Assembly (NCBI RefSeq): GCF_037042905.1
Contig: NC_087254.1
Location: forward strand, 24,738,001-24,802,000
DNA length: 64,000 bases
Reading direction: 5' to 3'
From: Lytechinus pictus
Taxonomy: Eukaryota
Shown piece by piece: positions 24,101-36,100 of this stretch. Each line of letters starts with the position of its first letter. The stretch's first letter is position 1. The notes below the pieces were generated by a model. It was not told where the DNA came from, did no database searches, and saw only the letters and a list, made by a program, of their open reading frames with translations. The translations under genes and the position numbers were made by a program.

Positions 24101-27100
24101 AACAATATCAGGTAGGTAGGCATTACCGTCTCTCCTGGTAGTTAGAAACTGAAAAACTTTGATAGTGGGATTGAAATTATGACTGTCTTAATTTTTCTGT
24201 TTTCATTTTCTACTTTTCTGCTCCTCTTCCCGATCAACAACTTTTTATTTTCTTTCTTCAATCTCTTCTTCTCACCCTTTTCTATGTTTCATTAGTTCTT
24301 GCCAAGAAAATAAATAGCTTAGAAAAGAATAGGTAATAATGGGTCAGGCAAAATGGGGACTCATATATTATTTGTTATGCTGAAGTAATTATGCTTCATT
24401 TTCACAGCCGAGAGAGAAACAGGCAGAGGTTGATCAGTTAAGGTATGAGCTATCCACCCAGGCCAGGCGCCATGCTGCCGAGTCTGCTTCCACTGCTCAG
24501 AGGATGAGTCAACTAGAACTAGAGTTACTAGAGGCTAGGAGAGAAGCAGATGAGTATTACAAGGGTACCTTACAGACCAACCTGGAAGCAACCACCCTTG
24601 GGCAACAGGTGAGGTTACTTTTAGTATGGTGTTGAAAACACAAAAAGCAATCATTTTTTCGGCAGCATGCGAGTTAGAGTGGATGTCCTAAAGTTTGGTG
24701 TTCAATGTTGATGTTGGTGTTAAGCATTAGTCACAACACCAAAACCAACATGAAAGCAACCACCCATGGGCAGTTTACATTAGGTTTTTTTTACTTCGGG
24801 TTACTTCAAATATGGTGTTTAAAACTAGTGTTGGTGCCTGATGGGTGTTTCATAAAATTGTTCATAAGTTAAGAGCAACTTTAAAAACGACTGATGAACC
24901 TTTCTTACGCGTTAGATAATCACCAATGAACATATAATGGTGAACATCATTTACCACAAGAAAAGATCACCAGTCGTTCTTAACCCTTTGCGTGCGGGCC
25001 CGCGAAACCGGATACCTCTCCCTGCGGCGGAGCTGTTTTTGTACATTGCTGGTATTTGGATCTGTGGCGGTCTTTTCCTAATCTATTGCTAAATGCACCA
25101 AACTGAAGTATTTTCAGGATTTTTAGTAAATGTAAAGATGAAAGATCAGACATTTTTCTTTCTAAAACTAAAGGTCTCGCTTCTCAAATCAACAGAATAG
25201 TTAAGAAATTTACGAGGAAAAAGTACTGTTATTTTGCCAAATCTTTGCTTTTTCCCAAGTCAATAGGCACTGTGTACAAAAATGCGTAAGGGCAATCAGC
25301 ACGCGCGGACAAGTCGGGTTCGATCGATACCGCTTTGTTGTCTGCTCTGGTGCTTTTTTTCATTGCCTATTGTCACCACTGAACTAGAAATATATAAAAA
25401 TGAAAGAGGAAAAAGTTCAAACTTAAAGCAAACAAAAGCAATCCATTCATCTAACAGAAATGATAATGATATTTGGTGTTTTTTAGATATATCTTTAAAA
25501 TTTTGAAAAACTAAGTGGTTTAGAAATGAATAAAATTTCAAAGTGAAACATTGTCAACTTACAAATTAGAGGAAACAGCGCCGGCATCCTACACAACAAG
25601 ACTAAAAACGAAAGCTAAAACAACTACATGTAGATCCAGTTATGAAAACTAAAAAAACTTGTTCCTCCTATTAAATCAGTAATCTGAGAATCTATTATGA
25701 TCATAAAAATTTCCCGCCGATTTTGTGATTATTTTGGTGGAAAACTGTTTATCATGTGTGATTGTTTGCACCATTGAGAATCTGCTCCGATCCTACATGC
25801 ATAGAGCCTGCATGCCACTGCACCCAGGCAGGAAGCCAGCTCGTTTGCAATGTATTTGGTTAGGAAAAAAATCACCCGCAGAACTTTCAAAAGTTTAGTT
25901 ATATCGATTAATTGTTGTCTCTGCTTCGTCATCTGTTTGGTTATTTGATGAAAATTCGTCACTTTTAAATGTATCAACTACATTTTGTTCAATATTCTAC
26001 AAATACGGGACAGATAGATGTGTCCCGGGAAGGGTTTGCCGGGACGCCGGGACAAAGGAGCAAAATACGGGACGATCCCGGGAAATACGGGACGTCTGGT
26101 CACCCTGGAAATATATGACAAGAGGTAGTGGTCTTTTTGTGCAATTTTTGACATGTGGAATATTTCATACTGACCAGGATATGCATATAACTGGTATGTG
26201 AAAATAAGCGAAATTTAGTGCCACAACTTTTTTAATGGAATTACCATTGCTATGCTTTTCTGATTTGTGCTCTAATTAGTAAACTTGTTAGAGTTGACTT
26301 GGTTTTGTTTATCCATCACCCATTCCTTTATGTAAAGGTGTATTGATGTATAAGCACATGTCGTGCAACATCCATGCTCTTCCAAATTAAATTTCATAAG
26401 AATTCAAATTCTATTGTGCCCATTTTTATATACACTGTACTTAGTAGATATTTCATGACTGAGCACACGAAGGTCCAACTTTGAAGGCTCATTAAAAGTA
26501 ACAACCTTCTTGTCCTCAAACTTCTATTCAATTTTTCACCCTGAATGTGTGATTGGACAGTATGAGAGAGAGGGAAGGGAATATTTACTCAAAATTTATA
26601 TAGAGAAAGTTGAAATGAGAAAGGCAAAATGGTAAAGAGAGAGAGGGGCATGAAAGTAGAAATGGAAGAAATAGAAGGGGATGGAGAAAAGGGAGGATAA
26701 GAGAGATTGACAGAAGAGGAAAATCAGAGAAAATGAGGTGAGATGAATAGTTGAATGAGAAGGGAGGTTTTAAAAAAAAAAGCTAGAGAAAAGGGACATG
26801 ATTTCTAATCGTTAAAAGAATTTTTTTTTATAATGCAACCAGCTAGTAGGCCTTTATTGTTCAGACAATTTGTAGGCCTATACTCAGAAAGCATATTTGT
26901 TGTGGGCCTTTCTTTGTCACAGTGTGCGCGTGAAAAAGGTCGAGTTTTTTATGATTTCATGTCTGTATGTTTACTCCCCTTTAATACAAAAATGTGACTA
27001 AATCAACATTTTCAGTTATGAAAGTATTCAATAACATATAGATCATGATGTAACAAAGCAAACTAAAACTTTAAACAGCACAAGGAAGTTTCTTTGCGTT

Positions 27101-30100
27101 CCTTTCTCCCATCTGCCTACACGCAGCATTTGTCGACCAGCCAGTATTGACCTAGCAAAATGGCGGCGCGGCTTTGTGTACGTTGGGAATAGGGACAAGT
27201 ATTCCACGTATTCTAGTTCAGTGATTGTCACGCTCCTCATGAATGGTCTCTTTACCCCCTTGTATACAGATCATTTGCAAAGTGTATAATTACGACGATA
27301 ATCCGTTTGGGGTGAAATCACAGCATACCAAATACCTTTATTTTCCAGAATGAATAAAAAAGGGTGAATGTTCCCTTGCAAGTACAATGATGATGCTGCG
27401 CAACGAAAGTCCGAAACTATTTTGTGATTTTTGGCTTCTGGGCTTTAAGACGGTGGCCTCAATGTTTCACTAAAAATCGCCTTTGGTTTCTCTTTTAATG
27501 AATTATAGTTTGTTAAAAAACGATTATCTTGTTCCTGAAGATTGCATACCAGTCTTCGATTTGTTTTCCTGTTGCAATTTCAAAGAGCGAAGGGGGTAAA
27601 TGTGACTCAAATAGTGGATCTGAAATCATACCTCCCAACGCTCTCCTCGTCTTGTTCTACGTTTCATTTTTCTATCTCCCTTTTCCCTCCAAAATAACCA
27701 TGCTACCGATTACTGTTCATCACAATGAGAGAAAGTAAATTATTTTTATCTATTGAAATTGTAGCATCTAAATTAAATATATTTATACATCTTTTTCAAA
27801 TATTTGGGTGTTGATTCTCACCAGGGTTAGCGCCCCCCCCCCCAAAAAAAAAGGTCAACCTGTCTTTTTTTTTTCTTTATATGGATCCTTTTCTGCTACG
27901 CTATTCGCCAGAAAAACAAAAGAAAAAAAAGGAGAAAGAAACTGGCGAAAAAAATTAATAACATTTTTAGGGGGAGGGTTAGGTGTAAGATTGAGAGGGG
28001 TTTGTCGGGACACGTCAAACAAACATGTTTTTTTTTTTTAGGTGGATGCCTCAACGTAAATTCTTATTCTATTTCCTCAATTTCCGGCGAGGAAACTTTT
28101 AGTTCATTGTTAGTTTTAGCGTTTGAACTGATTATGCTTTTTTCGAATTTTCAATGCAAAAAATTTCACCTGCTTGGGAGAGAAAGAGAGAATGAGATGA
28201 AAAGCTTCCAAACCTAACATGACAAATTCATTCTATAAAATGGCGTGAGTTACAAATTGAGGTGAGGGACTAGTATTCTATGATTCTTTATAAGTAAATA
28301 TTCATGCAATCGCAAAAGCGCACATTATGGTTTACATTATACCTTTTTGGTCCATTTCCTCTTTTTTCCCTTCCATCCTTTCTGTCGTTTTATCATTCTC
28401 CTATACATGAATCTCGATTTGCATTTTCTATTCTTTTTTTTAAATCTCACTTGCATCTTCTTCCATCCCTCTATGTATCATCACCCAGGGGAAATTGTAT
28501 TTTTTGTGAAGAAAGCACTGTCATGCTCAAGAAGAAAATGTTCTTGCCATGTATTAAGCGCCTGCCATGTTTTGTCAATAAATGAGTAAACATTTATTTT
28601 TTTGAATGTTACTGTCCTAATATGAAAAGCAGTAAGAGTTTTTTGTATTGCTAAATACGAGAAGCATTCAGTAGGTCATCCTGACGAAATATACTAATCT
28701 TCCTTTTATTCAGGGCGTTGGCTATTTGTCCCCTGCTCTTTTTATAAGGAATTTGTTTGAGCGTCCGCCATGACTTTCTTTTTGTTTGGGGAGTGCCGAG
28801 ACCAAGAACTGCATGGACGTTTTCATTTTCAAAAGAGCAGAGGATAAACGGTGTTCTAAATTCCTTTATTTTCTGTTTGTTTCCTTTGAAATAGAAGACA
28901 AAAATAAGAGCAATATCGGATGAGAGAACGAGAGAAAGCGGAGGGGGGGGTTCAAAAATTAACCAGGGGCCCGTTTTATATAAAATTTGTTTACAAATTT
29001 TCAATAACACTTGAAAGCTACTGAAATCCTTCTATTTGACTGGCGGATGGTAAATTTGTTTAAATTATTGCGCATTTGTCAATATAAAATGTACATGTAT
29101 AATGTATTTATAAAACGGTGCCAATTAGGGATTTCCTCGTTTTCCCTTTCTCTGGTTTCTAACCTGTAACCGAATGTATTATCTACAGCTTTCATTCCCT
29201 TATATCTATCGTCTTTCTATATCCCCTCCCTTCTACACCTTTCTTTCTCTGAGTTCTTCTCATTTAAATTATATCTGTATCGTCTTCCTTCTTCCCGATT
29301 TGGATTACGAGGTATATACCCGCCCCCATCCCCCTCAATCCTTTCTGATTTTTTCTTCTCAGTTCCTGTCATTTTACATTACATCTAACGTCTCCCCGCT
29401 CTCTTTCTCTCTTCATCGGAAACGGTTCCGAGAGAATGCCTCCTTTTTGCCAACTTGTATCGGAGATGGTTGGAATTGTGGGCCTCTTGTTCTATTGCAT
29501 CGTAGTCATCATGTCGAAAATTTTGGGGGGTTTTCCCCCACTTTCTCAAATAATGTCTCGAAAAACCTTTTAAAATTACTATTGTAACTGTCATTTCACA
29601 ATGAATTCTATATCATCTTCCATTTTCTATATTGATAACATGGGTAGATATCTTTCGCAAAAGACAATATGATGATGATCATCATCATCATCGTATAAAA
29701 ATGCACAACTTAACTATTTGTGAACTTGGGGCTTAGGGTTATGGCAAGACAGGCCTCAATCTTTCACTAAAAGTAATTTTCTTTTTTAGATTTTTTCATA
29801 AATTATATGTCTCATTTAATTTGATTTTCCATGCAGCTACTAGTATTATAATGATAAAATAATTTTGTTCCTGAAGTTTGCGCACCGGTATTCGATTTGT
29901 AATATCCTGAAATTATTTCTAAGTGTTAAACGAATGAAAGTGACTAAAATTGTAAGTCTGAAATCATACCTCCCAACTCTCTTCTTGTCACTTTCTACGT
30001 TTCTTTCTTTATCTTACTATTCCCTCAAAAAGAGCCATGATAGCAATTAATGAAAGTAAGAGAAAGTAATTTTTCTTGAATAAATTATAGCATCCGTAAT

Positions 30101-33100
30101 CATGTTCTTTCGTTTTGTTCTATTATCTCCTTCGTTTTGTTATATTGTCTCCTTGATTTCACAGCCGAAAACAAAGTAATAAATAAATCATTAAAAAACA
30201 TTCACAACAGTTAGAATTCATTTTTGTCTCTATCGTTTTAATCGTTCAATCTCATAGTACAGAGGCAGCGCAGTTGGTAGGAAGTTTCCGTCCTCACCCC
30301 TTTCAGCAAACATGTACAAAAAAATCTGAAGTCTATATAAATTTATGATTTTTTTGGGCCGGTCCACTCCCTCCCACATTCAGCTCAACCCCTCCATTAT
30401 CAAAAACGCTCAGTGGCCCCTGTTTTTTATTTTAAAAAATCAGATATTTTGGTTTTGATGCTAGCCAGGGTAAGCGCCCTAAATGTTTGTTTGCAGTAAC
30501 GGAAACAATTTGTTTTCCTCTATGAATCTTTTCTACCACGCTATTTGCCGGTTTAAAAAAAGAAGAAAGAAATTGGCGAAAAAGTAGGAAAATCAATAAA
30601 ATTTGGGTCGGTATCAAAATTTTTTTTGGGGGGGTGTAGGTCACACATGAATAAAAGTTTGTAGGATTGAGAGGGTTCTATCGGATGACAAACCAGACAA
30701 ACAAATTATCATCCTGTATCATTTTATTTCCTCCATTTCGCGCGAGGAAACTTTTAGTTCATTATTGGTTTTATAATTTGAAGTGATTATGTTTCCGGCA
30801 ACTTTTCAATGCAAAAGTTTTCATCTGGGAGAGAAAAGGAAATAAGATGAAGAGCTTCTTAAACCTAACCTATTATAAATTCATTCTGTAAAATGACATA
30901 AATTAACAAATTGTGATTTTTTTTTTTGCCACTTCACCCCCGTCCCACAGCTCAACCCCTGCACCATAAAAAACATTGCTGTCCCTGTATAACATCTTTT
31001 TCCACATATTTTGGTTTAGATGCTAACCATGGTAAGCGCCCCAAATGCAATTTTTTTTTGGGGTCGTAACGGGGAAAAAAAGTGGCCAGGACGGTCTTTA
31101 TTCTTATCTTTTCTACCGCGTTACTCGCAATTAAAAACAGAAAATCGGAGAGAGGAGACAAACAAGCAATTTTAGAGTGTAGGTCAGAACATTTCCATCT
31201 GGGGAGGGGGCAAGGTCAAACAAGAATAATGATAAAAAGTCATCAGTATGGCAAGGGTCTGGGGACCGAGTTGCGACAAACAAACGTTGTGGGATTTTTT
31301 AAAAGTAATCTAACCAAAAAATAAAGTCATGTTGTTATTCGTTTAAGTAGATATTCATGGAATTTTAGCAAAAGCACACTTGTCTAATCCCCTTTTATCT
31401 CTGTCTCTCATTCTCTCTCGTTCTCTGTGACATCTGAACATATTTTTTCTATAATTTCCCTAAATGATTCTTCGTTCATCCTTATATGCATCATCACCCA
31501 GGGGTAGCGCTTTTATGCAATATGAATCACTGACGGATGTCATAAGCACCTGCGTTGTCGGTAAATGAGACAATTTTTGTCTCACCTGCATAGCAGAGTG
31601 AGACTATAGGCGCCGCTTTTCCGACGGCGACGGCGGCGGCGGCGTCAACACCAAATCTTAACCTGAGGTTAAGTTTTTGAAATGACAGCATAACTTAGAA
31701 AGTATATGGACCTAGTTCATGAAACTTGGCCATAAGGTTAATCAAGTATTACTGAACATCCTGCCTGAGTTTCATGTCACATGACCAAGGTCAAAGGTCA
31801 TTTAGGGTCAATGAACTTAGACCATGTTGGGGGAATCAACATCAAAATCTTAACCTAAGGTTAAGTTTTTGAAATGTCATCATAACTTAGAAAATATATG
31901 GACCTAGTTCATGAAACTTATACATAAGGTTAATCAAGTATCACTGAACATCCTGCATGAGTTTCACGTCACATGACCAAGGTCAAAGGTCATTTAGGGT
32001 CAATGAACTTTGGCCGAATTGGGGGTATCTGTTGAATTACCATCATAACTTTGAAAGTTTATGGATCTGATTCATGAAACTTGGACATAATAGTAATCAA
32101 GTATTACTGAACATCCTGTGCAAGTTTCAGGTCACATGATCAAGGTCAAAGGTCATTTAGGGTCAATGAACTTTGGCCAAATTGGGGTATTTGTTGAATT
32201 ACAGCCATAAATTTGAACGTGTGTTGGTCTAGTTCATAAAACTTGGACATAATAGTAATCAAGTATCACTGAACATCCTGTGCGAGTTTCAGGTCACATG
32301 ATCAAGGTCAAAGGTCATGTAAGGTCAAAGAACTTTGGCCACGTTGGGGGTATTTGTTGAATTGCCATCATATCTCTATAAGTGTATTGGTCTAGTTCAT
32401 AAAACGTGGAAATAAGAGTAACCAAGTATCACTGAACATCTTGTGCGAGTTATAGTAGTTTTCAAAATCAGCACTGCTGCTATATTGAATCGCGTGATGC
32501 AGGTGAGACGGCCAGAGGCATTCCACTTGTTTCTTTTTAGATACGGTTTGTTGGTCGAAAAAAAAGTATTCATAAAAGCTTTTTGTATTGCTAAGTACGA
32601 AAAGCATTCAATGGGTCATCCTGCCGATAAACACTAATCTTCCTTTTGTTCGGGGCGTTGACCATCTGTATCCTGCTCTTTTCGGAAGGAATTTATTTGA
32701 GTGGCCGCCCAGACATTCTTTTGTTCGGATAGTGCCAATATCATGAACTACATGGACGTTTCCCTTTTGAAAAGAGCAGAAGATGAATGGTGTGCTTAAC
32801 TGCTTTCTTTTCTCTTTTTTTCAGAATAGTAGACAAAAATAATAAGAAGGAGGATAATGGGGAGGGAAAAAGTTCAAAAGTGCACCAAGATCAGCTCAAA
32901 GTACTAAGACATAACAAGCTTTTTGTTTTTCTGAAAATACAATCGATCAATGAAACCAAGGAGATATCATTCTATCTAAAGTGATATCTCCTTGATGAAA
33001 CAAATAAGACGAAAATGGTGAATAAACGCGTAGCTTATTACGTGACGATCTTGCAGAAAAGATAGCGTATATCTATCAGAACAACGATATGGATCAAATC

Positions 33101-36100
33101 ACGTGATCAGAACAAATCACGTGATCAGGCCTTGTGCGCGCATACGTGCTCGTCACAAAATTTATTCTCCCCGTCAGACTCCAACGAGAAAATCGGATAA
33201 AGTTGAAATGATTTCCTAATTTCGGGATTTTTCCCCACGTAGCTGTATATTTTTTTCAATCTGTTATCGAAATAGGTTTATAAAGGAAATAGTGGCAGAG
33301 GTTTAAGTACATAAAAATTACGAAAGAGCTGAAAAACTTCATTGAATTAAACCAAACATATCTCGGCTTCTGTAGAAGCCCGTCGTAGCTAAGTGAACGA
33401 CTCGCTGGGCTTCTGTGGAAGCCCGTCGCACGCAAAGGGTTAAAGTCGCTCTTAACTTACGAACAGCCCCCAGGACACCTGCCAAAATACCCAAACCAAA
33501 TTGGAAGTAACCTTTAATAGGACAGCAGGTGGGTGTTTCATAAAGCTGTTCGTAAGTTAAGAACGACTGGTGATCCTTTCTTGTGGTACATGGTAGATTC
33601 ATTGGCGATGGTTTAGAGCGTAAAAAGGATCACCAGTCGTACTTAAAGTCGCTCTTAACTTACGAACAGCTTTATGAAACGGACCCCAGGTGGGTGTTTC
33701 ATAAAGCTGTTCGTAAGTTAAGAGCGACTTTAAGAACGACTGGTGATCCTTTCTTATTGCGAATGGTATATTCATTAGCGATGGTTTTGCGCGTAAGAAA
33801 CGATCACCAGTCGTACTTAAAGTCGCTCTTAACTTACAAACAGCTTTATGAAACGGACCCCAGGTAAGTTAACATGGGATGATTTCAAGTATAGTATTAA
33901 ACATTAGTGTTTCACACGAGTGTTGGTGTAGAAGCAAGACTCCTGTTCAAAGACACTGAAGCTTTTATAGAATGGTATTAGACTTTATTTTCTGCCCCCT
34001 AAATCCACATACTGTATATTTTTACACTGAAAGTAGATTATGAGTTATAAAATCATGGTCATGAGAAAAAGAATGATAGTGATTATCCAAATTACTATTA
34101 CTGGAAATGCTTGATATTTCATATCACTTTCTGTTATACATGCCTTCAAGAAGCTCCAAACAAGTTGACTGTTAATTTTTTTTCAAGCTACCTTGCTTTT
34201 AGTGCAATGTGTTTACTATTATTATTTTTTTTTGCTTCCCAGGTCTCTGCTCTGACTATGGATCTTGCTGGTCGAGGTTCAACTAACAGGCATGGGATCC
34301 AGGTTAGTTATATTTACTTCACAACAAGATTTTGTTTGAATTTGTTACCAGTTCATTGTTTTATAAAATGAAAATGAAAATATATTGCATAGCTTGTACT
34401 GGTCAGAAAACAATACTCAAAAGATATCTGTAGCATAATCTTGAAGAAAAATGATTATTAATTGACAAATACTTGCAGAAAAAAAGAAAAAATCATATTG
34501 TTCAATAATTAGAAATATATCACTTGTTTCTTAATAACTAGGCCTGAATGACACAAAAAAATTATATATTTAATCACCCCCATCCTTTGATTACCTGAAG
34601 CAAACCTGTTACCAATCATTTAATTCTATGTTCTGTTGCAATCATTTTTATCAGAGTCCATTGGTAACCCAGCTTCAGAGAGAAGTTCATAATCTTAGGT
34701 CTCAGCTGGCTAGGGTCAGAACTCATCCGGGAGATGATCAAAATGCAGACCGTGATGGCGTAAGTATATTTAGTTGGCTAACCATTTCCATCATGATTGG
34801 TAAATTTATGGGCCCCTTTATGTCATGGCCGATGGAGATAACCTGGAGCATGGTACAAGAATATGGTGAAACCTTTCTTGACAGGATGTCAGTGTTCATG
34901 TTCAGAGGATGGAGATTTTTCTCTGTAAAAGACTACCAGACTGGATACAGGAGGGGGGGGGGGTCTGTACATACACGGTACACATAAAGCTCAATTAATG
35001 TGTGTGGGGGGTATGATGAACAGGGGTAAATCGAATGTTCGGTTTTTTTTACCAATGTCATTTTCTACAGCTAACTAAGAATTTACTAGACTTTTTAAAA
35101 TCAAATTTGCTTATTTGACCATATTTAATCCCAAGCCATGTTTGATTATTTCTTGTAAAAGTTTCAACAACAACAGGCCATTATTCATCATTTCACAGAT
35201 AATCTATCAAAATTATGGGGTATTTTCATAATCAAAAGTATGTAGCTATATGTACCGACTGGGGTCTTTTGTTTTGCCACCAGTTGCAAGCTAAACTCAA
35301 GACAGCAGCACGTCATATTAGTCAACTAGCCAAGGAAAAACAGAAACTTATTGAGATGGGTAATCGATTACGATCAGAGCTGGCCCTCTACAGACCTTCA
35401 CCTCCTCCCCAACTGTCAAAGGGTCAGAGGTCAGCTGCAGGAGAGAGGAGTGTGACAGCAGGGAAGCTGGCAGAGCAGGTCTCTTTTAAGCTTCAAAACT
35501 TGGAGAAACTGCAGTATGCTCTCACCAAGCAGGTAAAGTCATGGCCAAATTTTCTGATAATGATAACAATATCATATATTACAGATAAGTTTAATTCCAC
35601 ATTGTTAGCTAAATGATAAATTGACATAACATTGATAAAAAAGATATTTGTTGCCATCTTTATTGGCTTTTAGACAATACAATTTAATTAATGTAATTGC
35701 CCTGTTGATCTGAACTACATGTATTTGGTTAAATCTAGATGGATTTAGATTATGAATCTCTTTAAACAAGAAAATGAGACAAATATTGGTTATCCTATCT
35801 CATAGGATGCCGTAGCTATGGGCATTTTAGGGATCAGACTGAAACAAAGGAACAAGGGCAAGTTTTTCTGTTTGGACACTGGACATCTTGTTAATGACAA
35901 TGAAACACTTGCACCACTTCTGTTACGCTCCCGAGTTCTTGCATGGTCATTGACCAACAGTGAATTTTGTTCCAGGGTGAACTCAGGATGAACCATAATT
36001 CCAGTTCTGTACTTGTCTTACTCATTAAGGTGTCAGCATAAGTAACTGCTTTCAAATCAGGCAAGCTCTTTTTGAGGCAGGTGTAACAATTGGACAAATA

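Larger units (their letters stand above)
24984..33439. mobile_element. piggyBac-type non-autonomous composite element, 8456 bp
   Basis: TTAA|CCCTTTGCGTGCG...CGCACGCAAAGGG|TTAA (perfect 13-bp TIR). It splits a MITE whose halves (24841-24983 and 33440-~33470) rejoin as CAGTCGTTCTTAAAGTCGCTC. Subterminal repeats GGCTTCTGTrGAAGCCCGTCG occur twice. No transposase ORF is visible. Confidence 0.9.

Noticed and set aside
31650-32460. Regularly spaced repeats resembling a CRISPR array (also 6650-7460 and 41138-41840)
   Set aside because: The whole units are repeated with no unique spacers, the context is eukaryotic, and there are no cas genes.
33583-33867. ORF with internal repeat DHQSYLKSLLTY...YETDPR
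   Set aside because: Read-through of two tandem MITE copies.
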